A stretch of DNA of 64,000 nt from Macrostomum hystrix (Eukaryota > Animalia > Platyhelminthes): NCBI GenBank assembly GCA_950097015.1, contig CATNEN010000025.1, positions 372,001 to 436,000 of the forward strand, read 5' to 3'. Below are positions 1-13,200 of the stretch, piece after piece. Made by a program: the position numbers and the translations under genes. Positions within the stretch are counted from its first letter, which is position 1, and every line of letters starts with the position of its first letter. The notes beneath the pieces are model-generated. The model did not search any database, was not told the DNA's origin, and was given only the letters and a program-made list of their open reading frames with translations.

Positions 1-41
1 GTGGATTATCCTAACGCCCAACTAGCAACAACTGACTACGC

Positions 42-1203
42 TCAGCTGTGCTCGGGCGCAGCTCTGCGTCGCCTCATCCCGACGCTTCGACCGTCCAAGT
101 CGGCTGGCTCAGCGTCGGCATCGTCGTCCGATTCGGCGTCCTCGTCCTCGGCCTCGCCGTCAGGCCGGGGCCGCATGGCGGCCAGCACACCGGCCATCTG
201 CCGCTCGGTGTCCTCCAGGCGAGCCTTCAGCCGCAGGAGGTCGACCTCGGAGGCGTCCTGATCGTCAACTCGATGAAGCAGGCGCTCGAGATCGGCGCGC
301 ATTTGCTGATAGCGTGCCTCCCTGTCCCCCTCTGGCATGGCGTTGCGGGCCAGACCACCGCCGAAATAGTCGTCAGTTGACTGGGGCCCGTTAACAAACT
401 GACCGCTGACCTAGCAGAGAAAAGAAGGCAAATAACTCAACCCTGACGAACTGGGGATTAATGGAGATAACGAATAATAAAGAATGAAATTGAACTAAAG
501 TACCTGAAAAACTATCGCTACAGAAAAATTTGCTGAATCAAACTGTTCTCACTGTAAGCTCACTTAGAATCTCAGAAGAATCTCACTGGTATCTCAGAAG
601 AATCTCCCTAGAATCTCACTGGAATCTCCCTAGAATCTCACTGGAATCTCCCTAGAATCTCACTGAAATCTCAGAAGAATCTCACTAGAATCTCACTGGA
701 ATCTCGCTAGAATCTCCCTAGAATCTGATTGGAATCTCCGTAGAATCTCACTGGAATCTCCATAGAATCTCACTGGAATCTCCCTAGAATCTCACTGGAA
801 TCTCCCTAGAATCTCCGTAGAATCTCACTGGAATCTCAAAAGAATCTCACTGAAATCTCCCGAGAATCTCGCAGGTATCTCCATAAAATCCCACTGGAAT
901 CTCAGTAAAATCTCACTAGAATCTTATTAAAATCTTAAAGCGAATCTCACGGGATCGTAGCGAAAGTTTCTATAAAAGTCGCGCAAAGCCCGCTCCCGCA
1001 TCTCCTCCGCTGTCGAAGTGGACGACGCCGAGAGGCCACCCGACGTCGCCCGTTTGAAACTCGCCGCGGCAGCGCCGGCGCCACCGCCAGAGGCGAAAGC
1101 TCTGACAAGAGTATAGGCCAGGTACAGCGCAATGCCAACCGCGTACACGGGCAGGGCTATGGTTGCCAGGCCGCCCCGCTTGCCGCCGATGCCACCACCA
1201 CCA

Positions 1204-1255
<52 letters not shown>

Positions 1256-2402
1256 CGCCGCCGTCAACAGCAGGCTGATCTTTAGCTTCAAGATTGGAGC
1301 CGGAAGTTGCGCCGCGGCCAGGATCACGACGGCCTCCGGGCAGCGGCGGATTGCGCAGCTGACTCGGGTGCAGGCTGGCGGCGCTGCGGGGGGCAGGGGA
1401 AGGCAGGCGAAGAGCGCTTTAGCACTGGGGGATGCACGAGAGTCAGCACCTAGCTCGTAATCCTATCGCATTGAATGATTGGGATAATTCACTGGATCAC
1501 AGAGTCTACTTAAAGTGGGTAGAGTAGTATGGTTGAATGGGATGCGATGGGGAAAAATGTACGGTGGAATGGGATGGGATGGTATATGATCCAATGGGAT
1601 GACATTGGATGGGAGGAGATGGGATAAGATGGGATGGGATGACATTGGATGGGATAAGATAGGATGGGATGGGATGGGATAATATGGGATTGGATGGGAT
1701 GAGATAGGATGGGATGGGATGGGATAATATGGGATGGGATGGGATGAGATAGGATGGGATGGGATGGGATAATATGGGATGGGATGGGATGGGATAAGAT
1801 GGGATGACATTGGATCGGATAAGATAAGATAGGATGGGATGGGATGACATTGGATGGGATAAGATGGGATGACATTGGATGGGAAAAGATGGGATGACAT
1901 TGGATGGGATGAGATGGGATGGGATAAGATGGGATGACATTGGATGGGATAAGATAAGATAGGATTTGATGGGATGGGATAAGATAAGATAGGATGTGAT
2001 GGGATGGGAATGGATGGGATGGGATGGATGGGATGGGATGGGATCGCATTGTATTTAATGGGATGAGATAGGACGTTATGAGATGGAATCAGGTAATTTG
2101 GCATGGCACTGTGATGCAATGGGTTGGGCAGGTATGCTGTGTGTCGGGTTGAACATGTATTGTATACGGATGGCAACTACTCACCCGCCGACGCCGCCGC
2201 CACTGCCGCCGAAAGACACGTCGTGGCCCAGCAGTGTGAGCAGCATGGGGTGCAGGTAGCGGGGGTAGAGCACGGCAAGGCCGCCCACCATGAGGGCCAG
2301 GGCTAGCCAGGACCGGGTCTGCAGCGACAGGTCCTGCAAAGGGAATGCACGTTGCCATGAGGATAAGAGCGGTCCGTGAGGACGAAATCGTTCGTAATTC
2401 AT
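42..2402 (-). CDS. RIC3: RIC-3 acetylcholine receptor chaperone, about 339 aa; exons complement(2185..2402, 951..1383, 42..410); 5' end may extend further upstream
   Basis: First hydrophobic segment LALALMVGGLAVLYPRYLHPM; Gly-rich linker then GGLATIALPVYAVGIALYLAYTLV (cf. human GRGLMGQIIPIYGFGIFLYILY); coiled coil LLRLKARLEDTERQM (cf. LAQLQEKLKETEAAM); basic C-terminus MRRRR. GT-AG junctions are phase-compatible (2, 0) and the total is 1020 nt. Confidence 0.9.
566..925. repeat. Irregular 10-11-bp tandem array (GAATCTCACTG / GAATCTCCCTA), RIC3 intron 2
   Basis: Direct inspection. Confidence 0.9.
1566..2070. repeat. (GGGAT)n-based satellite with GACATT/AAGAT variants, RIC3 intron 1
   Basis: Direct inspection. 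Confidence 0.9.
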
Positions 2403-2520
2403 CAGACTGGGATCAAAGATGATCGTAATAAATTCCTCCTTGCTTCCTGGATTTGCGACATGCTAATTATCCCACCAAGGTTGGAAAAACAGAACTGGAA
2501 ACATGGGTTGGTTGGAAAAC

Positions 2521-3190
2521 ACAATGGCAGTGATAGCTGGGAAAACGGCAGTGATAGCTGGGAAAATGGCAGGGATGGCTTAGATAATGGCAGTGATAGC
2601 TGGGAAAATGGCAGGGATAGCTTAGATAATGGCAGTGATAGCTTAGATAATGGCAGTGATAGCTTAGATAATGGCAGTGATAGCTGGGATAATGGCAGTG
2701 ATAGCTTAGATAATGGCAGTGATAGCTGGGAAAATGGCTGTGATAGCTGGGAAAATGGCACTGATAGCCGAGGATAATGGCAGTGATAGCCGAGGATAAT
2801 GGCAGTGATAGCCGAGGATAATGGCAGTGATAGCTGAGAAAATTGCACTGATAGCCGAGGATAATGGCACTGATCGATAGCCGAGGATAATGGCAGTGAT
2901 AGCCGAGGATAATGGCAGTGATAGCTGGGAAAACGGCAGTGATAGCTGGGAAAATGGCAGTGATAGCCGAGGATAATGGCACTGATAGCCGAGGATAATG
3001 GCAGTGATAGCCGAGATAATGGCAGTGATAGCCGAGATAATGGCAGTGATAGCCGAGATAATGGCAGTGATAGCCGAGGATAATGGCAGTGATAGCCGAG
3101 ATAATGGCTGTGATAGCCGAGGATAATGGCACTGATAGCCGAGATAATGGCACTGATAGCCGAGATAATGGCAGTGATAGCCGAGATAAT
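2521..3190. repeat. 21-22-bp minisatellite (GATAGCCGAGGATAATGGCAGT and variants), upstream of RIC3
   Basis: About 30 units with a gradient of variants. Confidence 0.92.
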
Positions 3191-4500
3191 AGCTAATAGC
3201 AGTCTAGTCACAAAATCAGTTTTCATAAAGAAAAAGAACACAGAAGCAGCAAAGAGAGATTTCCAAACTATCAGCTATGCAAGCCAATAGAGTTAAGCAT
3301 TTTTTATTCAACTGAAATAAGATTTGATGATAGGGTATTGAGAAAATTGACTGCTGACAACTGACCATACTACTACTGGTGATTATGAAAATAGTAGAAT
3401 AAACTCAACACAAAATACTATGGAGCTTCCAGCAAGCTGAAGGACTTCGTGAAAACACCGCTGCCACGGTCATGATTCCAGCGCATTGAGCGATTCACCC
3501 AGCGATAATGTTTTTGAAAAAGAAACTTCCGTTAGTTAAAGCGGCACAACAGAAAGTAGTTACAAATTGGGGCTAATAAAAAGTATTAGAGATAAAATTA
3601 AGTTGCATGTTATCACTGCCTCACTAATTCAACTAAATAATGCTGCTTTGCTGAAACTTAAAATAGATTTGGTATGTTTTTTAATATTATAAAGTAGAAG
3701 TATAAAGTAACGATATAAAGTAACGGTATAGGCGTAAGTGGAAAAGATTGATATAAAATAACGTGTAAATAACAATGAAAATAACGATACATGTGAGGAT
3801 ATAAAGAAACGAGATGATACTTCTAACTTTTTCACATATTAACGTTTTTTAATTAGTGTTTCCTAACCTTTCAGAGTGTTATATGGTTACTAGTTTTAGA
3901 ATTTACTATTAAATCTAATATTAATCTAGTCGCAGCAGTAGGGGGCACGATGTACTTTACAGAGATTGCAGAATTGTGCCACAGTGTGGCAGGTGGCAGC
4001 TGAGCAAAAATAAAACATTGTTATAACAGGCTAACGCGAAAAACAAACTTATACATATTACTAAAAGTAGGATGTAAAAACTATGCTAAACTAGAATTAC
4101 ATTGCCGCTAATGAAAATGAACAAAAAACTGCAACCAAATACCGGGACATGAACCGCACAGACAAGGAGAGATAAAAGACAAAGAGGGAAAGGAAAGCAA
4201 CAAATTGTCTTATGCTTATATATTAATACAGTCCGCAGTGTTCGAAGTATGAAAATATGTTCTTTGCGACACGCAAGCTAATAACTAAAAGTAAGGAAAA
4301 GCAAATGGATTAGTAAAATACACACCTACAATGTTAATAGACGATAATTGAAAATAAATAGATGCTTTGCAAAAAAGGCATGAATTTAGACAAATTTTTA
4401 CTGCTGATTGAGATGTAGAGAAAATTTGAGTTGAGCTACTATAAACTGTGGCCTAGAAAGATTTCCAGACTGATGGGGTGGGAAATAGAGAGAAAAATGA

Positions 4501-5512
4501 GAAGGGAGGGCAGTAGAAAGGGGCAGGCGATAGGAGCAGAAGGGAGGGCAGTAGAAAGGGGCAGGCGATAGGGGCAGAAGGGAGGGCAGTAGAAAGGGGT
4601 AGGCGATAGGGGCAGAAGGGAGGGCAGTAGAAAGGGGTAGGTGATAGGGGCAGAAGGGAGGGCAGTAGAAAGGGGTAGGTGATAGGGACAGAAGGGAGGG
4701 CAGTAGAAAGGGGTAGGTGATAGGGACAGAAGGGAGGGCAGTAGAAAGGGGTAGGCGATAGGGACAGAAGGGAGGGCAGTAGAAAGGGGTAGGCGATAGG
4801 GGCAGAAGGGAGGGCAGTAGAAAGGGGTAGGTGATAGGGACAGAAGGGAGGGCAGTAGAAAGGGGTAGGTGATAGGGGCAGAAGGGAGGGCAGTAGAAAG
4901 GGGTAGGTGATAGGGACAGAAGGGAGGGCAGTAGAAAGGGGTAGGCGATAGGGACAGAAGGGAGGGCAGTAGAAAGGGGTAGGTGATAGGGGCAGAAGGG
5001 AGGGCAGTAGAAAGGGGTAGGTGATAGGGACAGAAGGGAGGGCAGTAGAAAGGGCTAGGCGATAGGGACAGAAGGGAGGGCAGTAGAAAGGGGTAGGCGA
5101 TAGGGGCAGAAGGGAGGGCAGTAGAAAGGGGTAGGTGATAGGGGCAGAAGGGAGGGCAGTAGAAAGGGGTAGGTGATAGGGGCAGAAGGGAGGGCAGTAG
5201 AAAGGGGTAGGTGATAGGGACAGAAGGGAGGGCAGTAGAAAGGGGTAGGCGATAGGGACAGAAGGGAGGGCAGTAGAAAGGGTTAGGCGATAGGGACAGA
5301 AGGGAGGGCAGTAGAAAGGGCTAGGCGATAGGGACAGAAGGGAGGGCAGTAGAAAGGGCTAGGCGATAGGGGCAGAAGGGAGGGCAGTAGAAAGGGCTAG
5401 GCGATAGGGACAGAAGGGAGGGCAGTAGAAAGGGCTAGGCGATAGGGACAGAAGGGAGGGCAGTAGAAAGGGTTAGGCGATAGGGACAGAAGGGAGGGCA
5501 GTAGAAAGGGGG
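4501..5512. repeat. 38-bp G-rich minisatellite (GAAGGGAGGGCAGTAGAAAGGGGTAGGCGATAGGGACA)
   Basis: About 26 units; four G-tracts per unit. Confidence 0.95.
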
Positions 5513-6220
5513 GTAGAAGGGAGTGGGAAGTGGCAGAAGGGATACACAAGACCTGAAGTGATGAAGTTATTGAACTATCGAATTAAAACAGTGCTCAGAA
5601 ACGAATACTAACATTGCAACCGAATTTGTCACCACAAAAAACAGAAAACCCTAAGCTTTTCAGCAACAAAGAACATACCTTTTCTCAAATTGAAACTTAA
5701 GGCAAAATTGAATACATAGGAGTGAAAAACTGACAAGAAAAAATGCAAATAAAAAAGCGACAAAGCAGAGAACGAAAAAGAAAGGAGAAAATATGTAGTT
5801 AAAATAGGTTAAAACTGATACAGTTATAACAGAAATTTTATTCAATTTGTTTACTTTTTCTAATGTATTGCCATGGGAATAATCAATTAGAAATCATATT
5901 AAACACGTTAAACACAACTGAAATAGATAAGTACGAGTATAAGTTTAGTTATGAACAGCGTTGTACAATTTGAGAAGGGATAAAAGTGCAAAAAGATAAT
6001 TAAACATGTTAGGGTGAAGTTGCGTGAACAATGTTCCCTTCGGAGCTGTATTTAGGGAGGCTCGCTGATGCAAGAGCGACAAAGCACAGATTTAATAAAC
6101 AAATTATTAACAGAAATGAAAAAACACTGATTGCCATAAATCGTTAACACGTCGTGCGCTCTACTCACCGCACCAATTGCTCGGACAACACTTACAACTC
6201 AACTAACATTTGTGAGATAA

Positions 6221-7100
6221 TTAGGACCCAAACTTAAAGCTGTGGAATAATTATGACCCAAACTTAAAGCTGTGGGATAATTATGACCCAGACTTAAAGA
6301 TGTGGAATAACTATGACCCAAAACTTAAAGCCGTGGGACAACTATGACCCAAACTAAAATCTCTGGGATAATTATAACCTAAACTTAAAGCTGTGGGATA
6401 ATTATGACCCAAACTAAAATCTCTGGGATAATTATAACCTAAACTTAAAGCTGTGGGATAATTATGACCCAGACTTAAAGCTGTGGAATAATTATGACCC
6501 AGACTTAAAGCTGTGGGATAATTATGACCCAAACTTAAAGTTGTGGGATAATTATGACCCAAAATTAAAGTTGTGGAATAATTATGACCCAGACTTAAAG
6601 ATGTGGAATAACTATGACCCAAAACTTAAAGCCGTGGGACAACTATGACCCAAACTAAAATCTCTGGGATAATTATAACCTAAACTTAAAGCTGTGGGAT
6701 AATTATGACCCAGACTTAAAGCTGTGGAATAATTATGACCCAGACTTAAAGCTGTGGGATAATTATGACCCAAACTTAAAGTTGTGGGATAATTATGACC
6801 CAAAATTAAAGTTGTGGAATAATTATGACCCAGACTTAAAGATGTGGAATAACTATGACCCAAAACTTAAAGCCGTGGGACAACTATGACCCAAACTAAA
6901 ATCTCTGGGATAATTATAACCTAAACTTAAAGCTGTGGGATAATTATGACCCAGACTTAAAGCTGTGGAATAATTATAACCCAGACTTAAAGATGTGGGA
7001 TAATTATGACCCAAACTTAAAGTTGCGGGATAATTATGACCCAAACTTAAAGCTGTGGGATAACTATAACCCAAAATTAAAGTTGTGGGATAATGATGAC
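6221..7100. repeat. 30-bp minisatellite (TATGACCCAAACTTAAAGCTGTGGGATAAT) with higher-order blocks
   Basis: About 29 units; a variant unit recurs at ~6310, ~6611 and ~6852. Confidence 0.95.
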
Positions 7101-7297
7101 CCAAAAGACATCTTAAGAAAAATAATGCCACAAACTATAAGATTTGGAATATTTATGACTCAAAACACAAAGAAATCAGTTTTAAAATCTTAAAAAACAA
7201 ATCACATCTTAAGTCAACTGAGTCACAACTACCCGAGTTAAGGACAATAAGGACCATTGAGTTTCTTGTTAAAAGTTAAGTTTTAAACATGATTTTG

Positions 7298-10200
7298 TTA
7301 ATTTCCAGTCTTCCCGGTTGTAGAAGACAACTTCCTACGCCCTTTACCCAAGGATGGAGCTGTGGCTTTCGGTCGCTGCAAGCACAGCGGGCAGTAGTAG
7401 CTCCCGACCAGCTCCGCATTGGAGCGAACATTGACGCAGAGCCAGTGATACCAGTTCGAGCAGCGGTCGCACTGCACCCAGTTCACCTGGACGCCGGTCG
7501 GCTGCACGCACTTGTCGGCAGCTGAGCACTTCTCTTCTTCGTCGCCTTCAACTTCAACGTTGCCATTTTTGGCTGCTTCAGCGGCTTGTTGAACGCTCTT
7601 TCTCTTGTTTTTGAATAAGCTGGAGATGGCAGCTGCGGCGGCGGCGGCGGCCGACGGACCTCGCGACCGACGCGGCCGCTTCTCCGGCAGGTCGAGCGAC
7701 GTCGAATCGCGACGCTGCACCCGAGATTTCCGTTTCTTCGACGCCGATGTCGGCACTAAGACGGCGCCAACCGTTGGAGCCGACGGAGGCGCGGCTGCGA
7801 CATCGTTTTCGACTTCGTCGGCGTCGCTCCTCATCGTCGAGGAATTTTCTTCGCTCTCTTCCTCGTCATCCTCGACGTCGTCCTCGACCTCGACGTTGCC
7901 ATTTTCAACATCCTCGGCGCTGGCCTGCAGCAGGTGCCACAGCCAGGTGGTCTCCTCCATGGCCACCTCCAGCAGGTCGCCCTCCAGCATCATGGCTTCG
8001 AGTTTGGCTCGGGCAGCCGATGGCAGCGACAGCCGCGGCCGGCGCAGACAGTCAGCCATGGAAGGTCCGCCGCCTCCGCCGCTGCCAAGGCCGCCGACGC
8101 CGCCGGGAGCGAAGGAGGCGCCACGAGGAAAAAGCGGCGATTTACGGCGCGGCTTTTTGTCAGTCGCGGGGGCGCCACCAGCAACTGCGTCGGCATTGTC
8201 GTCCGGATTTGCCGCAGTCGCCGAGGAAAACGAGGAAGCTTGATCGTCGCCGAGCTGTCGGTTGAGCCTGAGTTCAGTGGGAATTTTAGGTGATAATGCG
8301 AAAATATTTTCGGGGGCTGTAGCCTAGTAGTGAAAGCGTTGAACCAACGATTTGAAAGTCGGTGGTTCGATTCCCGACAACACTGGAACAATTGGTGTTA
8401 TTTAGAAAGACACTTTTATTCTTAAGTGTTGAAGCCAATCCAGCCATTAACAGTAGAAAGGGGTGCACTTCAAATACCCACATTTCTATTTTTTTCTGTA
8501 TCTCCCAAAATATTCAACCGATCGCCATGAAAATCCAGAACACGGGCTAAAATTTTCCGCTTAAGAGGATCAAACAACTTTCATAGTAACAACAAATTGG
8601 CATCGTCGAGATATTCAACGATTCTCGTCGGAATATAAAAAACCACCAATAAAGGATTAATTTCGTAGTGGCCCCTCCATGTGATAGTGGCGCCTCTATG
8701 TGATAGTGGCCCCTCCCTGTGATAGTGGCCCCTCCCTGTGATAGTGGCGCCTCTATGTGATAGTGGCCCCTCTATGTGATATTGGTGCCTCTATGTGATT
8801 GTGGCCCCTCTATGTGATAGTGGCGCCTCTATGTGATAGTGACCCCTCCCTGTGATAGCGGCGCCCTCATGGGTAGTGATGCCACCCCTGTGGTAGTGGT
8901 GCCCCCACTAGACAAAAATCTATATTTTGAGCAGATTCCCAAATGTTAGACCGGGCACACCAGCACACCTATCTGGCAGTTGCAATCGCATAGCTTTCAC
9001 AACGGCAATCAGGGCGATGCGCAGCTCTGTTGAGCCCAGCAGGGCGGTGTGCACTCGCGACTGCCAGGCCATGGCCCGCTCAGTCAGGCACTGCAGGGCC
9101 GCGCCGGCAGTGATCTGCACCGGCAGCGGCTGCAGCACCAGCAGCAGGCTGAGCAGATTCTCAACCCGGGGCCGCCTGCCGCGCTCGCAGGCCGGGCAAA
9201 GGTACTTGACCTCGCGCAGAGCGGCCCTAAGGGCCGGGCCACCAGTGCCCAACGGTTTCAAATACTTTGGCAACGGGGCGCATCCGGCGTGCATCCACAG
9301 CCGACAGAGTTCGCACTGAAGGAAGCAAACACTAGCGGGCAGCTGCCTGCCACAGAAGCAGCCACCGGCTGAGTCGTTGCGCCTTCTGGCAGCCAGGGCG
9401 GCCTGCAGCTCGCGGCTAGCCAGATCGCGATAGGCGGCCACCCTTGACGCGTCCGTCTGCTCCGAGGAGAACCGACGCGATGGATCCTCGGCCGAGGCCG
9501 AAGCCGAAGACTTCTTGTGCTGCTGAGGTGGCGGGTGCTGGTCAGCGAACAGGCCGGGCAGGAAGGAATCAGCTGAGCGAGGTAGAAGCACCTGGAATGG
9601 AAATTTAATTATTTAAGCTGTTTGGATTCGAACTTAGGACCACCAGTGAAAACAACAGCTCCAAAACTAACCTGTAAAAGGCTGTGTGGCGACTGTTTTT
9701 TAAGGAAATTTCTGGAAGCCCGGTCAAGCCAGGCATTTGCTTGGCCAATCAGAGCCTCCAGCTGCTGCATGCGCTCCAGACGAACTCCGAGGCTGCGACC
9801 TTCGGCAGCCAGCTGCTCCAGCTCTTCCAGACTCGGACGTCGGCCAGCGTCTTTGAATTCGGCGTCTACGGCGCCTGCCGCCCTAACCTCCCAGCGGGCA
9901 GCCTCGGTCAGCAAGTCGGCCAGGCGCTGCAGCGGCTCCAGGCGAACGCGCAACTTCTGGCCGGCTTCGACCAGGCCGGCCAACTCGGCCGCGTCGGGGA
10001 GCGGAAGCCGGTCCGGCTGGAGGCACTCCCTGACGGACATTGCCAACCGACTGGCCTGCCGATGTAGTGTCGACAGCCTCGCCGATAAGTCGACTAGCTC
10101 AACATCGTCGACTTTGTTTTTGTCAGCGTCAACGGTGACATCATCAGCAGTGTCGATGAGGCGCTGCAGGTCGGCCAGGCTCGGCGGGGGATTGTCGCCA

Positions 10201-13200
10201 ACGTCAAGTGCGACGCGAGCCTCCGCCTTCCAGGCCATTCGACGGCCGAGCGACTTTAAAGCGGCGGCGTCGTCCATAGCAACGGGCAGCGAGGCCTCAG
10301 CCTCGGCTAGCAGTTCAGCCACCGACGTCGCTGCTAGAGTGGACGACGCTGACGTCGCCAGGAGCTGACGAGCCCGACTGCGCCATGCGTCAACGCGGTC
10401 ACGGAGGAGCTGGAACTGGTCGCACTCTGGCAGGCGGCAGGGCAGTTCGCGCAGTTTGACAGCCAGGGCGCGGAATGCCGACTCGGAGATTCGGTTGGCG
10501 CCGGGCTCCGGCTGACGCAGCAGGAGGCGAAGGACGCCTGCGGCCCTTTCAGCCATGCGCAGAGCGCCCCGAAGGCGTCTGAGGCGGCTGCAAGACTGTG
10601 AGACTCGCAGCTCAACTGACCGACGCTCCAGTGCCTCTAAAGTTGAACGATCGGGTAAGTCGACAACGACTGCGCTGCCGGCAGTTGCAGAAGACGGCGC
10701 CGCGGCCATGATCATGTCGGCTTGTCGGCGCCATTCGGCCAGCTGCTCGCATCGATCAGCAACGGCTACTGTCAAGGCCAGCAGCTCTGATTGGCTGTGC
10801 CGATACACCAGCCGATGGGCTCCCGGCTTCTGTCGGCAGGAGTCCTTGCTGGAGCACAGCAGCTGGTCCGGGTGACGTCCGCACACGAGTCGGCGCTTCT
10901 GGCAGGAGCAGAGGACGGCGTACACGTACACGGTGGTGTTGCAAATAGCGCACTGCCTGTCATCGTCTGGCAGGCCTTCAAATTGCTCGCGCTGACTGTC
11001 TGTGATGCCCAGCGAGGCGGCAGTTTGGGTCAGGTCAGATAGCCGCTGCTGCAGCACCTGGGAAACCGAGGGATTCAAATTCAGCTTCCATGGTCTGACA
11101 CAGAAAACTGTACATAAGCTTGACCAGACATTGGACATTCTGTTTTGGTATTTTTTTAAGTGTTCAAAAAGCAGGTCTTTTATTTCAATGGTTAGAGCTT
11201 CGAAATTATGATGACTGGTCGCTGAGGTCACAAGTTTGAATCTTAGCCAGGGAAAAGACACGTAGAGGGTTTGTAGCCTAGCGGTTAGACCGTCGGACAT
11301 ACGACTTGAAGGTCGAGGGTTCGATTCCCGACTCCAGTGGAACAATTTGTCCTTTAGCAAGATACTTAACTCTGCATTGCTTCAGTTCACCCAGCTGTTA
11401 AATAAGCAGCAGCATTAGCTGGGGTAATTGAAGGTGGGTGTGGTTTCCCCCCAGTCCATGGACTGAACAGCTGTACCCAGCCTTTGTGATTGCGCCGCGC
11501 ATAGCTGCAATATTTTATTTGATCTCTCTCACCTTGAGCTCATCCAGCAGATACTCGGCCTGGTCGGCAGTCAGCGAGTCGATCTCGGCGGCCATGTTGC
11601 AGACGAGCTCTTCGTGGCTGAACACGCAAGGCCGCTGCACTAGAGTGTACTGCTCCACGCACTCGCGGCCCATCGGCAGCCAGCTGGGAGAGCAGAAGTT
11701 CACGGCTTCGGCAAAGTTGAAGCCCTGATTAAAACCAGCGTGATAGGCCCTGGGAAATGTGATGACAAAGTCGCCAGCCTCCTGATCCAGGCGGTAAACT
11801 GGCACACCTTTAGCCACAAGCTTGGCCGGGTTCATGATGGTTGTGATGTGATGCAGCAGATCAGGCGATCTCTCAAACAACTCGCCAGCCTCCTCGCGCA
11901 TGGCGGCCTCTAGCGCTGGCGCCGATTCGCCCGGCACTCCGTACCAGGTCTTGGGATCGCCCCAGTGCAGATAATTGATAGAATAGGACCAGTGGTCCTC
12001 AATGTGCCAGCAGAATGCGGAGAATAGCATGCCAACATAGCACCAGGGAATCACCATGCCGTTAATGTCCTGGCGAAGGAAGCGGAGCAGGCCGGAACTG
12101 CCCAGCGGCAGGTTGTTTAGATTCCAGGTGTGCTCAGCGTGAGCACGCCACTCAGCCTGCTTACTATTGCTATTGTTATTATTGTTATTGTTATTGGCAG
12201 TCGCCGACCTGGTGGGAAAGCCGCTGCCGCAGACGCTGCTGTGGATGTCAGCTCCGTATTCAACAGACACTGGCTCGCTCAGGGCTTGCAATAGGCGCCA
12301 AAACTCAGTCTCAACCTGATCTAATGGCACAGGCGAACTGCTATTGAAATAATTGGACTTGAATTGATCAGCCATTGCGCCAAACTCAGCTAGAGAATAC
12401 TCTGTTCGCGACTGCTCAAAGCCGTACTCGGCTGGCCTGGGAGCCGAGGCGATGGTCTCGGAGACGCAGCTGGGGCAGCGCCAATCCCCGGGCGGAACCT
12501 CCGTCAGGGGCGGATAGAGGCAGAACGTGTGGTGGGGCGCCTCGCAGCCCTCGCAGATGAGCAGTACAGACTCCTGGTTGAGTTTTTTATGTAGGGGGTG
12601 GCTGAAGCTTATGGTCACCGAAGGTGGGAACCCCGAGACACTCTAGATTCTGGTCTCTAATCTGAGATTCTGGTCTCTAATCTGAGATTCTGGTCTCTAA
12701 TCTGAGATTCTGGTCTCTAATTTGAGATTCTGGTCTCTAATTTGAGATTCTGGTCTCTAATCTGAGATTCTGGTCTCTAATCTGAGATTCTGGTCTCTAA
12801 TCTGAGATTCTGGTCTCTAATCTGAGATTCTGGTCTCTAATTTGAGATTCTGGTCTCTAATCTGAGATTCTGGTCTCTAATCTGAGATTCTGGTCTCTAA
12901 TCTGAGATTCTGGTCTCTAATCTGAGATTCTGGTCTCTAATCTGAGATTCTGGTCTCTAATCTGAGATTCTGGTCTCTAATCTGAGATTCTGGTCTCTAA
13001 TCTGAGATTCTGGTCTCTAATCTGAGATTCTGGTCTCTAATCTGAGATTCTGGTCTCTAATCTGAGATTCTGGTCTCTAATCTGAGATTCTGGTCTCTAA
13101 TCTGAGATTCTGGTCTCTAATCTGAGATTCTGGTCTCTAATCTGAGATTCTGGTCTCTAATCTGAGATTCTGGTCTCTAATCTGAGATTCTGGTCTCTAA

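Noticed and set aside
1463-3241. Long low-complexity ORFs (SHPI-, SLPL-, DNGS-rich)
   Set aside because: Translations of intronic or intergenic tandem arrays; open in several frames on both strands.
11273-11345. Possible tRNA genes (also 8319, 41668, 46760..46830, 58370..58443)
   Set aside because: A and B boxes are present but there is no cloverleaf, and each continues into a shared SINE body.
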